In this document: piece by piece, positions 1 through 9,100 of the stretch
Position numbering within the stretch: the first letter of the stretch is position 1
Layout of the letters: each line of letters begins with the position of its first letter
IMG/VR virus record: IMGVR_UViG_3300044617_000782
Location: 1-27,107 of that record
Direction: 5' to 3' (one strand)
Origin: a virus
Taxonomy: Duplodnaviria; Caudoviricetes
DNA length: 27,107 nucleotides
The notes under the pieces: generated by a model
The model's input: only the letters and a program-made list of their open reading frames with translations
What the model was told of the DNA's origin: nothing
Databases searched by the model: none
Made by a program: the position numbers and the translations under genes

Positions 1-1515
1 GACCGTCACGAACGTGGCCCCCGCCCCGACGTCCAGATAGCCCATCGCCCGCACGTTGTTGTCGAGCAGGAAGCAGGGGTTGATCACCCGCTTGGCCGAC
101 GTCCTGCCCGCGGGCACCGCGATCCGCAGCTGCGTGTTCAGCGTGCCGCCCACCGTCGTGGTGGCGATCGTCACCAGCAGCGTCATGGTCTTGCCGTCGA
201 TGCGGTAGGCGTAGGTCGTGACGTCGCCCGACTCCACCGTCCAGGTCATCGACCCGTTGGCGGTGAAGTTGCCGGCGGCGAACGTCGGCGTGATCCAGGG
301 GTTGCCCGCGACCACCGTGCCGCCGGTGATGTTGTCGCCCAGGCGCAGCGCGCCGCTGGTCAGATCCGCGCTGTCGTAGCCGATGCCCGCCGCGCAGTCG
401 TTGCTCTCGATCACCACCGGCCGGCTGATGCCGGGCAGCGCCGCGGTCAGGATGCTGTTGGTCAGGCCGGCGCTGTAGCACTCGTTGTTGCGCACCCGCA
501 CATGGCCCGAGCCGTACACCGCGATGTCGTGCAGCGTGAACCCGGTGAACGAGTTGCCGTCGATGACCGTGTTGTCCTGGTTGCCGGCGATCGCGGTGCC
601 GATCAGCACGCCGATGCTGGTCACTGCCGCCGTGCCGGTGGCGTTGATGTGGTTGTCGCGGATGCGGTTGGCCGAGTTGATCACACTGGCCTGGGGCACG
701 GCGTAGACCGCCGCGGCGCCCGAGGTGCCTGCGATCTGGATGTAGTTGTCGGTGACCGCGATGATGGCGTCGGCGCTCGACCAGGCCACCCCGTTCACGG
801 TGGCCTGGATGTCGCAGCCGGTCACGAACCCGTAGACCACGCCGTCGAAGTACACGCCCTGCTCGAACCCGTAGATGTGGTTGTCGCGGATGCGCACCGT
901 CTCGGGCCGCACGACGCCGCTGCCCGAGGTGTAGTCGAAGCTCTCGACCGCGATGGCGTAGGGGGTGCCCGCGCCGCTGCCCGCGCCGAACACGATCTTG
1001 TTGTCGTGGATGTTCACGACCAGGCACTTGCCCGCTAGGTTGATGCCGGTGTTGACGTCCTGCAGCCAGTTGTTGGCGAGCGTCACGTTGCGCACCGTGC
1101 GGAACTTCATCGCGGTGTTGAACAGGCGCACGCCGACGTTGTCGATCGTGATCCCGTAGAGCTCGTCGTCATCGTCCAGGGTGCCGGCCTGGTAGATGCC
1201 CACCTTGGTCGTGGTGCCCGCGCCGCCCACCACCGAGAGGTTGCTGATGCGGCTGTTGCCGTAGGTCTCGAGGTGGGTGAACGTGATGCCGTCCACTGCG
1301 GCAGGGTTGATGGCGGTGGCGAGCATGCCCTGGCCGACCAGGTCCACGCCCGCCTTCATCACAATGCTGGTGGTCGTCGGGAAGTCCCCGGCGGTGAGCT
1401 CCACCGTGCCCCCGCCTGCGGCGGCCAGCGCGTCGATGGCGGCGTTGATCTGCAGGGCGTTGTCGCCGCTGATCGGGGTGAGGCCCCTCATCTGGGCCGG
1501 CACGCGTGTGGTCAT
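1..1515 (-). CDS. Tailspike / parallel beta-helix (pectate-lyase-like) receptor-binding protein, 3'-truncated at window edge (>=505 aa)
   Basis: Absent from the ORF track because it has no stop in the window; translated by hand. ATG at 1515 has AAAGGA 5 nt upstream, and the frame stays open to base 1. It begins MTTRVPAQMRGLTPISGDNALQINAAIDALAAAGGGTVELTAGDF...VDLVGQGMLATAI, a typical tailspike beta-helix cap. Repeated (V/I)xxNx(I/F) rungs follow (NIHDNKI, RIRDNHI, AVTDNYI, VIDGNSF), then a C-terminal beta-sandwich-like segment (YAYRIDGKTMTLLV). Confidence 0.85.
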   Translation of the reverse strand, partial: MTTRVPAQMRGLTPISGDNALQINAAIDALAAAGGGTVELTAGDFPTTTSIVMKAGVDLVGQGMLATAINPAAVDGITFTHLETYGNSRISNLSVVGGAGTTTKVGIYQAGTLDDDDELYGITIDNVGVRLFNTAMKFRTVRNVTLANNWLQDVNTGINLAGKCLVVNIHDNKIVFGAGSGAGTPYAIAVESFDYTSGSGVVRPETVRIRDNHIYGFEQGVYFDGVVYGFVTGCDIQATVNGVAWSSADAIIAVTDNYIQIAGTSGAAAVYAVPQASVINSANRIRDNHINATGTAAVTSIGVLIGTAIAGNQDNTVIDGNSFTGFTLHDIAVYGSGHVRVRNNECYSAGLTNSILTAALPGISRPVVIESNDCAAGIGYDSADLTSGALRLGDNITGGTVVAGNPWITPTFAAGNFTANGSMTWTVESGDVTTYAYRIDGKTMTLLVTIATTTVGGTLNTQLRIAVPAGRTSAKRVINPCFLLDNNVRAMGYLDVGAGATFVTV

Positions 1516-1525
1516 CTCGATCCTT

Positions 1526-1930
1526 TCAGCGGGTCACGCCCTTGGATTTTTCGAAGGTGCGCAAGCCACCGATCCCCAGCATGCCGGTGATCACCACCCA
1601 CAGCAGGTCGAGGTTCAGCGCGGGCGGGGTCGGCCAGCCGTGGATGCTCGACGCCCAGGCCAGCAGCGGCTGCAGGATGGTTGCGTAGACGAAGCCGGCG
1701 CCGCCGGCCCAGCCGAAGAAGGGCCGCCAGCCGGCGACGAACACGCTGGGGTGGGCCGCCTCCCTGGCGTTGATCTCCAGCTGCGCGATGACCTGCTTGA
1801 GCTCGCCCTCGGCGGCCATCCGCATGAACTCCGCGTCGAGCTTGGCCCGCTCGCTCTTGTCCTCGGGGCCGAACCGATCCAGCAGGCTCTTGCCGATCTC
1901 AAGGACCGGGCCGATCAGCAGAGGGTTCAT
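1526..1930 (-). CDS. Holin, 3-TM / GTA-release holin-like
   Basis: 134 aa with EINAREAAHPSVFVAGWRPFFGW, hydrophobic segments and GMLGIGGLRTFEKSKGV, which are hallmark motifs of this family. Directly downstream of the endolysin. Confidence 0.88.
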   Translation of the reverse strand: MNPLLIGPVLEIGKSLLDRFGPEDKSERAKLDAEFMRMAAEGELKQVIAQLEINAREAAHPSVFVAGWRPFFGWAGGAGFVYATILQPLLAWASSIHGWPTPPALNLDLLWVVITGMLGIGGLRTFEKSKGVTR

Positions 1931-1931
1931 G

Positions 1932-2306
1932 TCAGTAGCTCCAGATGGTCGGCCGCGGCCAGCCCGGGCCGAGGTCGTCGAGGTGGATGAACCGGCCGCT
2001 ACCCTTCTGCTGCACGCCGATGCCGGTGAACCCGAACTCGGCGGCCAGCACGATCAGGCGCAGCGCCTCGGACCCCTGCACCCCGATGTCGACCGCGCGG
2101 CCCGTGCTGTGGGCCCCCGGCGAGGCCTTGGCCGCCTCGATCGGGTGGGTGTGGTGCCTGTACCCGCTGGTCACCCACATCGGCACGCCGAAGGCCTGGC
2201 GCAGGCGCTGCAGCCGGGCCATGAACTCGGGCTGCATCTGCAACTGCCCGCTGTGCCGGCAGCGGAACTCGTCCTCGTTGAAGTTGGGGTAGTCGGCCCA
2301 GTTCAC
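1932..2306 (-). CDS. Endolysin, peptidase M15A-type Zn peptidase
   Basis: NFNEDEFRCRH, VTSGYR, H-x6-D (AHSTGRAVDI) and FIHLD motifs of the M15 family. Located within the lysis cassette. Confidence 0.92.
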   Translation of the reverse strand: MNWADYPNFNEDEFRCRHSGQLQMQPEFMARLQRLRQAFGVPMWVTSGYRHHTHPIEAAKASPGAHSTGRAVDIGVQGSEALRLIVLAAEFGFTGIGVQQKGSGRFIHLDDLGPGWPRPTIWSY

Positions 2307-2620
2307 GGCTTCGGCCCCACGTTGATCGTGTGCGTGGCGAACCAGGTGACCGCGCCGCCGAGCGTGGCCGCAGCGCCGCCGAGACCCATCAGCAGCTTCC
2401 AGCCGCCCTTGGCCTCGGACAGCTTGTCCAGCACCAGGTCGAGCTTCTCGTCCATCGTGGACTGCTTGTGCTTGACATCGTCGAGCTCTGTCTTGAGCGC
2501 AGCGACCGCGCCCTCGAGGCGGCCGAATTCGCGAGGATCAATCATGTCTTCTTCCACTTTCGTGATGACCTGGGCGAGGTACTCAAGCTGCCGGTAGACG
2601 CTGGGGTCCGGGGGCGTCAT
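2303..2620 (-). CDS. Coiled-coil protein with C-terminal membrane helix (probable holin/antiholin-type lysis protein)
   Basis: EFGRLEGAVAALKTEL...KLDLVLDKLSEAKGGWK followed by hydrophobic LLMGLGGAAATLGGAVTWF. ATGA overlaps with both neighbours. An alternative start at MIDPREF (2545, preceded by GGAAG) is possible. Confidence 0.65.
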   Translation of the reverse strand: MTPPDPSVYRQLEYLAQVITKVEEDMIDPREFGRLEGAVAALKTELDDVKHKQSTMDEKLDLVLDKLSEAKGGWKLLMGLGGAAATLGGAVTWFATHTINVGPKP

Positions 2621-3822
2621 GTGTTGACGATCCCGGCGTTGATCAGGGCCGTGCGCAGGTTGTTGGCGAGCGTCTGCGTGGTGGCCGCGTCAGTCGCCGC
2701 AGCGCCCACCGTGGCACGGGTCCATGAGTTCCACGCGGTGCCGTATTCCGTGCCCGTGGTGTAACCCGCAAACGTGTTGCCTGCGGTTGTGCCACCCATC
2801 GCAGTTGCACCGTGTACCGCTCGCTTCGTCGCGATTGCTGCGTCGGCTTGGAAGGTGTTTCCAGCCAGAGCAAGGGCCGTCGAGGCTTGGTCGAAGTAGA
2901 TGCCGCAGTAAACGTCCGTCGCGCTCTTGTTCGTCGTCGTCATCCAGAAGATGTTGCCGACGATGGCCGAGATGGCGTACACCGGCCCGCCGTGAGTTCG
3001 AATGCGCAGGCTCGCGATGATCGAAGCCGAATTGGGGCTGGACTGCGCGCCCAATTCGAAGTGGCACCCCACAACCTGCGAGATAGCGAACCCTGTGAGG
3101 TCCGCATCACCGCCGGCGAAGGACGAGTAGAACCTCGACCCCTCCAGCACGCAGCCGGCGAAGCGCTCGGCGATGAGTTGCGCGAACGCGGCGCCGCCGT
3201 TGCCGTTGAAGATGCAGCCCGCCAAGGTCTGGTCGGCGAGGATCGCGCCAGTGGTGCTGGCCTTGCCGAACCACCCGCCCTTGGCGTTGTTGGTAAACCG
3301 GCATTCTTCCCAGCGGTTGTCGGCCACGCTGTTCACAATGTTGGTCCCGGCCTTGGTCTGGGCAGAGATCATGCAGCCGCGATCGGCGGCGTTCTGGAAA
3401 TGCACCTTGGAGAACTTGCTCCAGTAGGTTTGCCCGACAAAGCACGACCCGCTTGTGTTGTTGCTGCGGTTGCCGTCAAGCGTGAGGTCGACCATGAAGA
3501 ACGGCGCCTGGCTCGACGTGACGCTGGTCTCCCACCGCTCGTCGACAAGCAGGTTATCGTTGAGCCCGTTGGCCGCGATCAGTGTGGTGGCCGCCATGCC
3601 CATGCCGGCGACACCCACGCTGCCCCTGCGAATTAGCTTGTTGGCGTAGATCGTGCCACCGGGCAGGATGATGGCCTCGTTGGAACCCGCCGACGCCAGC
3701 GAGTCGATGGCCGCCTGGATGGCCGAGGTGTTCGTGGTGGCCGCGGCGTTGCTGCTGAGCACCAGCCCCGGCACGATGTTCGTGCGACGCAGCTTCTCGA
3801 CGTTGTTGATGCCCGTGCTCAT
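2617..3822 (-). CDS. Second tailspike / beta-helix depolymerase-like protein (~401 aa)
   Basis: Start moved to ATG 3822 (MSTGINN), which has GAGG upstream and lies just after the fibre stop at 3830. Contains NTSAIQAAID...IILPGGTIY...GMGMAATTL and DLTLDGNRSNN beta-helix motifs. Ends in an amphipathic helix LANNLRTALINAGIV typical of fibre trimerisation ends. Confidence 0.8.
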   Translation of the reverse strand: MSTGINNVEKLRRTNIVPGLVLSSNAAATTNTSAIQAAIDSLASAGSNEAIILPGGTIYANKLIRRGSVGVAGMGMAATTLIAANGLNDNLLVDERWETSVTSSQAPFFMVDLTLDGNRSNNTSGSCFVGQTYWSKFSKVHFQNAADRGCMISAQTKAGTNIVNSVADNRWEECRFTNNAKGGWFGKASTTGAILADQTLAGCIFNGNGGAAFAQLIAERFAGCVLEGSRFYSSFAGGDADLTGFAISQVVGCHFELGAQSSPNSASIIASLRIRTHGGPVYAISAIVGNIFWMTTTNKSATDVYCGIYFDQASTALALAGNTFQADAAIATKRAVHGATAMGGTTAGNTFAGYTTGTEYGTAWNSWTRATVGAAATDAATTQTLANNLRTALINAGIVNT

Positions 3823-3829
3823 GGTGGCC

Positions 3830-6106
3830 TCAGTTCGGGACGCGCAAGACTTTGAAACCAGAGCCGCCACTGTCCGCGGCGCCCTCGGTTACGGTCTTGT
3901 TGTTGATCTTCACGGGGGCGCCGTTGCCGACGTTGACGGAGCCGCTGCCGGCCGCCCGCACCATGCGGAGGTCGCCAGTGCCGGCGTCGATAGACACCCC
4001 CCACACGTTTGTTCCGTCATCGAGCACGACGTGATTTGATGCGGTGCTGTAGAAACGAACCGCTTCAGTACCTAAGCGATTGCGGGCGTTGATGGCGTTG
4101 CCGGCTGTGTCGGCAATCGGCACCTTTGTGTGGGCGGTGCCGTAAAGCACCCCGTTAGCGCCCATGACCGGGACCACGCACCCTGTTCCAAGAGTCGGGA
4201 ACGGCGTGCTGTTCTCAAAGTCCAGCATGTGGATGTGGCCGTTGCTCGGAACGGTCACCCCGGGGGTGTCAGTCCCCTCAAAAACCATTGGGCTGTCACC
4301 GCTGACAAGGTGAAAGCGGTTGCCGCGCGAATACGGCAGGACGATGTTGGATGTGCCACGATGGATCGCAGCCTTGCCAGTGCCGCCCCCGGCGTAAGTC
4401 AGCAGCCAGATGTCGTTGTTGTCGCTGCTGAAAAAGTCAACACCGTCGCCATTGAAGTGCTGAATCACATAGCGCAATTCGTTTAGGCTGACGTTCGCAT
4501 TGCTGCTGCCGCCGTGGTAAACGGCGTCGATGTTTGCTGCAGCGCCGAATCGCTGGCGGATGTAGAGACGTTGCACGCCGTGCTGGACATCACAGGCTTC
4601 GCCCAGATCCGTCCCCGTCACGCCGCAAGTGAACTGCATGGGAATGCCGGCAAAATCCAGCATCGTCAGTTCGTGGGTGAACTCCGAAATGGAGTCCACC
4701 AACAGCGCGCAAGTGGCGATGTTGTTCCCCGCCAGCGTAATGCCGACGAAGCCGCCGCCCGTGTTCTTCTGCGCAGTGGGTCCACCGTAAGGCGTGCGGT
4801 GCCGGCACAGGGTGATCGCTGACAGCCCGTACCAAAGCGTTCCGCCGGTATCTGGCGGCACATCGTGGAACGTGTTTGTGCCGGCGCCCCGAATCAGCAC
4901 TCGCGCCCGGTTGTTGTCCACCGTCGTGGCAATCAACGCCGCCCCCGCCGGCACTTCGATGACGCCGCCGCCGGCATCGCCGACAATCTGAATCAGCGCG
5001 TTCATCACCGGCCCCATGTCGGTGCCGTCTGTTTTGTAGCCGTAATCCTCGGCGTTGTAAATGTCCGTGAGCTTGGCCTGCACACTGCGGGCCACCCCGC
5101 CCGGCGCGGTGTAGCCGACCTGTGAGGCGTCGACAGCCTCGGTCGAGATGCTGCCGACCTCCACCACCACCTCGTCGCCGGCGGTGCAGGCCCGCGAGAG
5201 GGTGACCTGGCCCGTGCCCTCAACGAAAGCCCTGACGTACACGCCCCCGATGAACACGCGGACCTGGCCAGCGCCCGGCACGAACGGCGTGGTCAGCGGG
5301 AACACCGTCTGGCCAGCGGTGGCGGTGAACACCTCGGCGATGGCACCTGTCACCTGCTGCGCCACCGCGCCGCCGTAGCGCACGAAGACGCGCACGCCGT
5401 TGGCCGGCGGGGCGAGGAAGGTCAGCAGGTTGCCGGCCAGCGAGTAGTCCTCGGTGGCGGTCTGCGTCACACCGCCCACGGCCACGTCGATGTTGCCCAG
5501 CGAGCCCGGCGCCGAGGCCAGCGCGAACTGCGTCCGCACGCCGTCGCCGGTGAAAGACTGAGCCACCCAGTTCGCAAAGGCCGCGGCCGCGAAGGCCGCC
5601 GCCGGGTCGTAGTTCTGCAGCGCCGTGCCGGCCGCGTCCCACCCGAGCACCTTGCTGGCTTCCGGCGCAGGCAGTGTGGTGTCGGCGCCGGCCGCCGACA
5701 GCGGCAGCGGTAGCGCGCGGCCGGGTTCTTCGGCCAGCTGCTGGATCTGGTAGGTCGTGCGGTCGAGAGCGTTCTCGATGGCGCGGGGGCTGAAGGCGCC
5801 ACCGCCCGGTAGGTCCAGCGTCTGGTCGTAGGGGATCGCGCCCGCGATCGTGAGCGTGCTGCCGGTCGGCAGCGCGGCGCCGGTGATCGGGTAGGTGACG
5901 CTGCCGCCGGGGCTCGCGTCCTGGTCGCCGTTCAGCGTGACACTGTAGCCTGAGTTCAGGACGAGCGAGGTCTCGATGCCGTCCTCGTCGGCCACGACCA
6001 CCGCCAGGTCGGCGGCGGCGAACACCTTGAACGTGAACGGGAAGGAGGTGGTGACGCCGTTGCCGTTGAAAGGCCCGGCGCGCCTGGCGGTGGCGGGTAC
6101 GGTCAA
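3830..6106 (-). CDS. Tail fibre/tailspike with T7 gp17-like N-terminal anchor
   Basis: TTG start with AGGAG 8 nt upstream. N-terminus GNGVTTSFPFTFKVF...IENALDRTTYQIQQL is a podovirus fibre anchor. It is followed by two small beta domains (FTGDGVRTQFAL..; FTATAGQTVFPL..), the neck ARSVQAKLTDIYNAEDYG, a beta-helix body and a C-terminal GAADSGGSGFKVLRVPN. Confidence 0.88.
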   Translation of the reverse strand: MTVPATARRAGPFNGNGVTTSFPFTFKVFAAADLAVVVADEDGIETSLVLNSGYSVTLNGDQDASPGGSVTYPITGAALPTGSTLTIAGAIPYDQTLDLPGGGAFSPRAIENALDRTTYQIQQLAEEPGRALPLPLSAAGADTTLPAPEASKVLGWDAAGTALQNYDPAAAFAAAAFANWVAQSFTGDGVRTQFALASAPGSLGNIDVAVGGVTQTATEDYSLAGNLLTFLAPPANGVRVFVRYGGAVAQQVTGAIAEVFTATAGQTVFPLTTPFVPGAGQVRVFIGGVYVRAFVEGTGQVTLSRACTAGDEVVVEVGSISTEAVDASQVGYTAPGGVARSVQAKLTDIYNAEDYGYKTDGTDMGPVMNALIQIVGDAGGGVIEVPAGAALIATTVDNNRARVLIRGAGTNTFHDVPPDTGGTLWYGLSAITLCRHRTPYGGPTAQKNTGGGFVGITLAGNNIATCALLVDSISEFTHELTMLDFAGIPMQFTCGVTGTDLGEACDVQHGVQRLYIRQRFGAAANIDAVYHGGSSNANVSLNELRYVIQHFNGDGVDFFSSDNNDIWLLTYAGGGTGKAAIHRGTSNIVLPYSRGNRFHLVSGDSPMVFEGTDTPGVTVPSNGHIHMLDFENSTPFPTLGTGCVVPVMGANGVLYGTAHTKVPIADTAGNAINARNRLGTEAVRFYSTASNHVVLDDGTNVWGVSIDAGTGDLRMVRAAGSGSVNVGNGAPVKINNKTVTEGAADSGGSGFKVLRVPN

Positions 6107-6130
6107 GGTGCTGTCTCCTAGCTGCCCGGC

Positions 6131-6164
6131 ATTGTGGGCGGGCTGCTGGTCAGCACGGGCACGC
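6131..6164 (-). promoter_or_regulatory. Putative phage late promoter, copy 1 (GCGTGCCCGTG-N10-GCCCGCCCACAAT)
   Basis: Intergenic. Matches 22597-22630 at 27 of 34 positions with identical spacing. Ends in a -10-like CACAAT upstream of the tail-fibre RBS. Confidence 0.65.
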
Positions 6165-9100
6165 TCAGTCCTTCGGTGGGGGCCCGAACAGGATCGAGGT
6201 CGGAGGCGCGTCGCCCTCGTCCCACGCCTTCCAGCCCTTGTAGCTGCGAATGACCTGCGTGGTCGGGAGGCCCAGCGCGGTGCCCAGGAAGCCGATGGCG
6301 GCGAGGATCGCGGGGTCGTCGATCTCGCCCTGCCCCGCCTGCTGCACCAGGCGCTTGCCGTCGTTCAGCAGCTTGGCCGCCGGCGGGCCGCCGTAGTCGA
6401 ACGGGGACCACAGGGTCGGCAGTTCGCGCAGGCCAACGAACATGCCCAGCAGGTAGCCCGCCTGCCACTCGGCCAGGCGCTTTGCCCAGTCCTCGGGCTC
6501 GTCGTCTTCGCCGCCGCCCTTCAACGCAAACGTGATCAGCGCCGGCAGGATGGCGGGGATGATCGCTAGGAGCGCCATGTCGCCAACCCAGCCCGCGACA
6601 GCGCGGGGGTTCTTGAAGTCGGTCAGCGCGGTCTTCTCGGCCACCAGGTTCAGGGTGGTCGAGAAGTAGCTGTAGAACTGCGTCAGGAAGGGCAGGCTGC
6701 GCTGGACGCCGGCCAAGTCCTTGGTGCCGCCGCCGCCCTGCGCAGACAGCACCGCTTCGTCAGCCAGGGCGACCGCGGTGCCCTCGTCAACCCCCTCGGC
6801 CAGCGCCTTCTCGTACATGCCGACCCAGGTCGGCACGTCGGCGATCATCTGCATCTTCTGCATCGGGTAGAAGAGCACCGCGTCCATGACCTTGGTGACC
6901 TTCCACTTGCCCTGGATGGTCTGGTTGATCTCGCGCAGTTCGCGGTTGAAAGTCTTGGCGCGCAGGCGCATGAACTCAGACTTGCCGTGGATCCACTCGA
7001 CCGTGCTCTCCATCCTGGCCGCATCGCCAGCCCAGCGGCCTGCGCCCTTGAGCACCGGCATCACGCCGATGCGGGCCATCGACTGCGTCAGGCCGAACGG
7101 CTGCAGCAGCGCGGTGGTGGCGCTGACGCCCATGATCGATCGCGTGACGTTGGCCCTCATCTGCAGCAGCAGCTTGTCGATCTGGGTCTGCTTGGCGAGG
7201 TCGCCGACCACGATCGCTTCGACCGCCTCGGTCATCGCGCGGTGGGTCTCGGCACCGTGGTGGTCGCGGATGGCGGCAGAGATCCGGGGGTCGGCCAGTA
7301 GCCGGTTGGCGTCGACCGCCCACTCGTGCCAGGCCAGGTCGTGCACCACCTGGCTGACGTGCTGGGTGATGGGCGCGAGATCCTTGCGGATCGGGCGGCC
7401 CTTGATCTCGTCCACCCGCGCCTTGGTGTGGCCCCGGCGGGTGGTCGGGCGCAGCATCGCGCCTCGCAGCATGTCGGCGGCGATCTCCTTGGCGTCGTTG
7501 ATCTGCGCCCGCACGCTGCGGTCGGCGTCGTACTTAATGGGGTAGTAGCCGCCGCGCATCTGCACCTGCGCGCCGTCGGCGCTGGTCAGCACGAAAGGCT
7601 CGGCCTCGACCTTGTCCTCGACCACGCCAGACACGCGCATCTGCTTGGCCTTGACGTCAGGCCAGTAGCTGTCGAGGTGTTCCCAGACCTGGTTGACGAA
7701 CTGCAGTTCGGCGGTCGACAGCGTGCCCAGGATCGCGTTGACTTGCGCCTCGGTCCACCCGTCGCCGTCCATCACGCGCTGGCGGTTCTGAGCGTTGCCC
7801 CAGTTCAGCGCGATAGCCAGGCGGCCGGCGCGCGAGAGGCTGTTGTTGATCTCGGGGATGAAGCGCTTGTCGCCACTCAGACCACCGGGCAGCTTGTCAA
7901 GAGGCGCGAAGATATCGGCCAGTGCCATCGTCGCCTTCTCCAGCGCGGTGTCCTCCTGCGTGCCGCGCTCGTTCATCGACTGGATCAGGAAGCGGAAGCC
8001 GGGGCCGCCCGCCTCGCCGCCATCCATCTGGCGGATCAGGCTGTTCAGCTTGCGGTGCTCGGCCCACGCGCCCTTGAAGAAGCTGACGATGCGGCCGTCG
8101 GGCTCGAGCTTCACGGGCCTCGGCTTGCCGCCGTTGGCGCGGATGCTATCGGCCCACTCGTTGGCGATGGCGTCGAACTCGCGCTTGTCCTTGGCGGCCA
8201 GCAGTTTCGACTTCAGGCGGCCCAGGTGCTCGATGTTCTTGATGCTCTCGGTGAGCTCGACGAACTCCTCGTAGGTCATCTCCTTGTAGCTCTTGAGGCG
8301 CATGTCCTCAAGCAGGCTGTCAGGCAGCACGGGGTCCAGGCCGATCGCGTGCTGCGACTCGATCCACTTGGCCAGGCTGGCGCGGCGGTCGATGTCGCGC
8401 CCGGTGGTGGACACGCGCAGATCCACGCGCTCGAGCAGCTTGTCGATCTGGTCGAGGTACTCGGGCGGCAGCTTCTCGCGGGCGCCGGCCTTGTCGAACT
8501 TTTTAAGGTAGTCCAGCAGCCCGCGCACCTTGGCCTCGGCTTCCAGCGCGGCCTTGGCGGCGGCGTTGTTGAGCACCTGATCCTGCTTGGCCTTGACCGC
8601 GTCGGCAGTCTTGCCTGCTGCCGTGGCCTCCTGCCATGCGGCTGCGGCGCGGCGCTCGGCGGCGGTGTGCTGCCAGGCCTTTGACTTCATGTCGCGGATC
8701 GTCGTGCGGCCGACCACGTTGGCTGCGAACTGCTTGGCCGCCTCGACCAGCGCGTTGACGGTGATCCTCGCGCCGCGCTTGTTGGTCTCGCCGGTGTCGG
8801 TGCGCTCGTTCAGCATCTCCGACTGAGCGCGCAGTTCGGTGGCCAGCGCCCGCGCGCGAGCCTCGTTGTGCACGGCCTCGTTGGCGGCCTGCTGGATGGC
8901 GCGCTCGTCGACCAGGTCGCCGTGCTCCTCAAGCATGCGCTGGTTGGTGCGGCCATCGATCACTTCAGCTTTGGGCTGTGCGTTCTCGATCTCGCGGGCC
9001 ATGTGGTCGATGCTGGTGAACCCGTACTGGGTGGCGATGCTGTCGAGCTTGGCGTCGGCGGCCACGGGGTCCGCGTCGGTCTCCTTGACCGCGCGTTCGA

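Noticed and set aside
1615-1902. Alternate-frame ORF inside the holin as a possible embedded o-spanin
   Set aside because: It has no hydrophobic signal peptide or lipobox before its Cys, and the sequence is low-complexity Arg/Ser/Pro.
1-6106. Diversity-generating retroelement, expected by analogy with BPP-1
   Set aside because: No reverse transcriptase, no TR/VR repeat pair differing at adenines and no Mtd-like C-type lectin seen in this window. It cannot be excluded outside the window.
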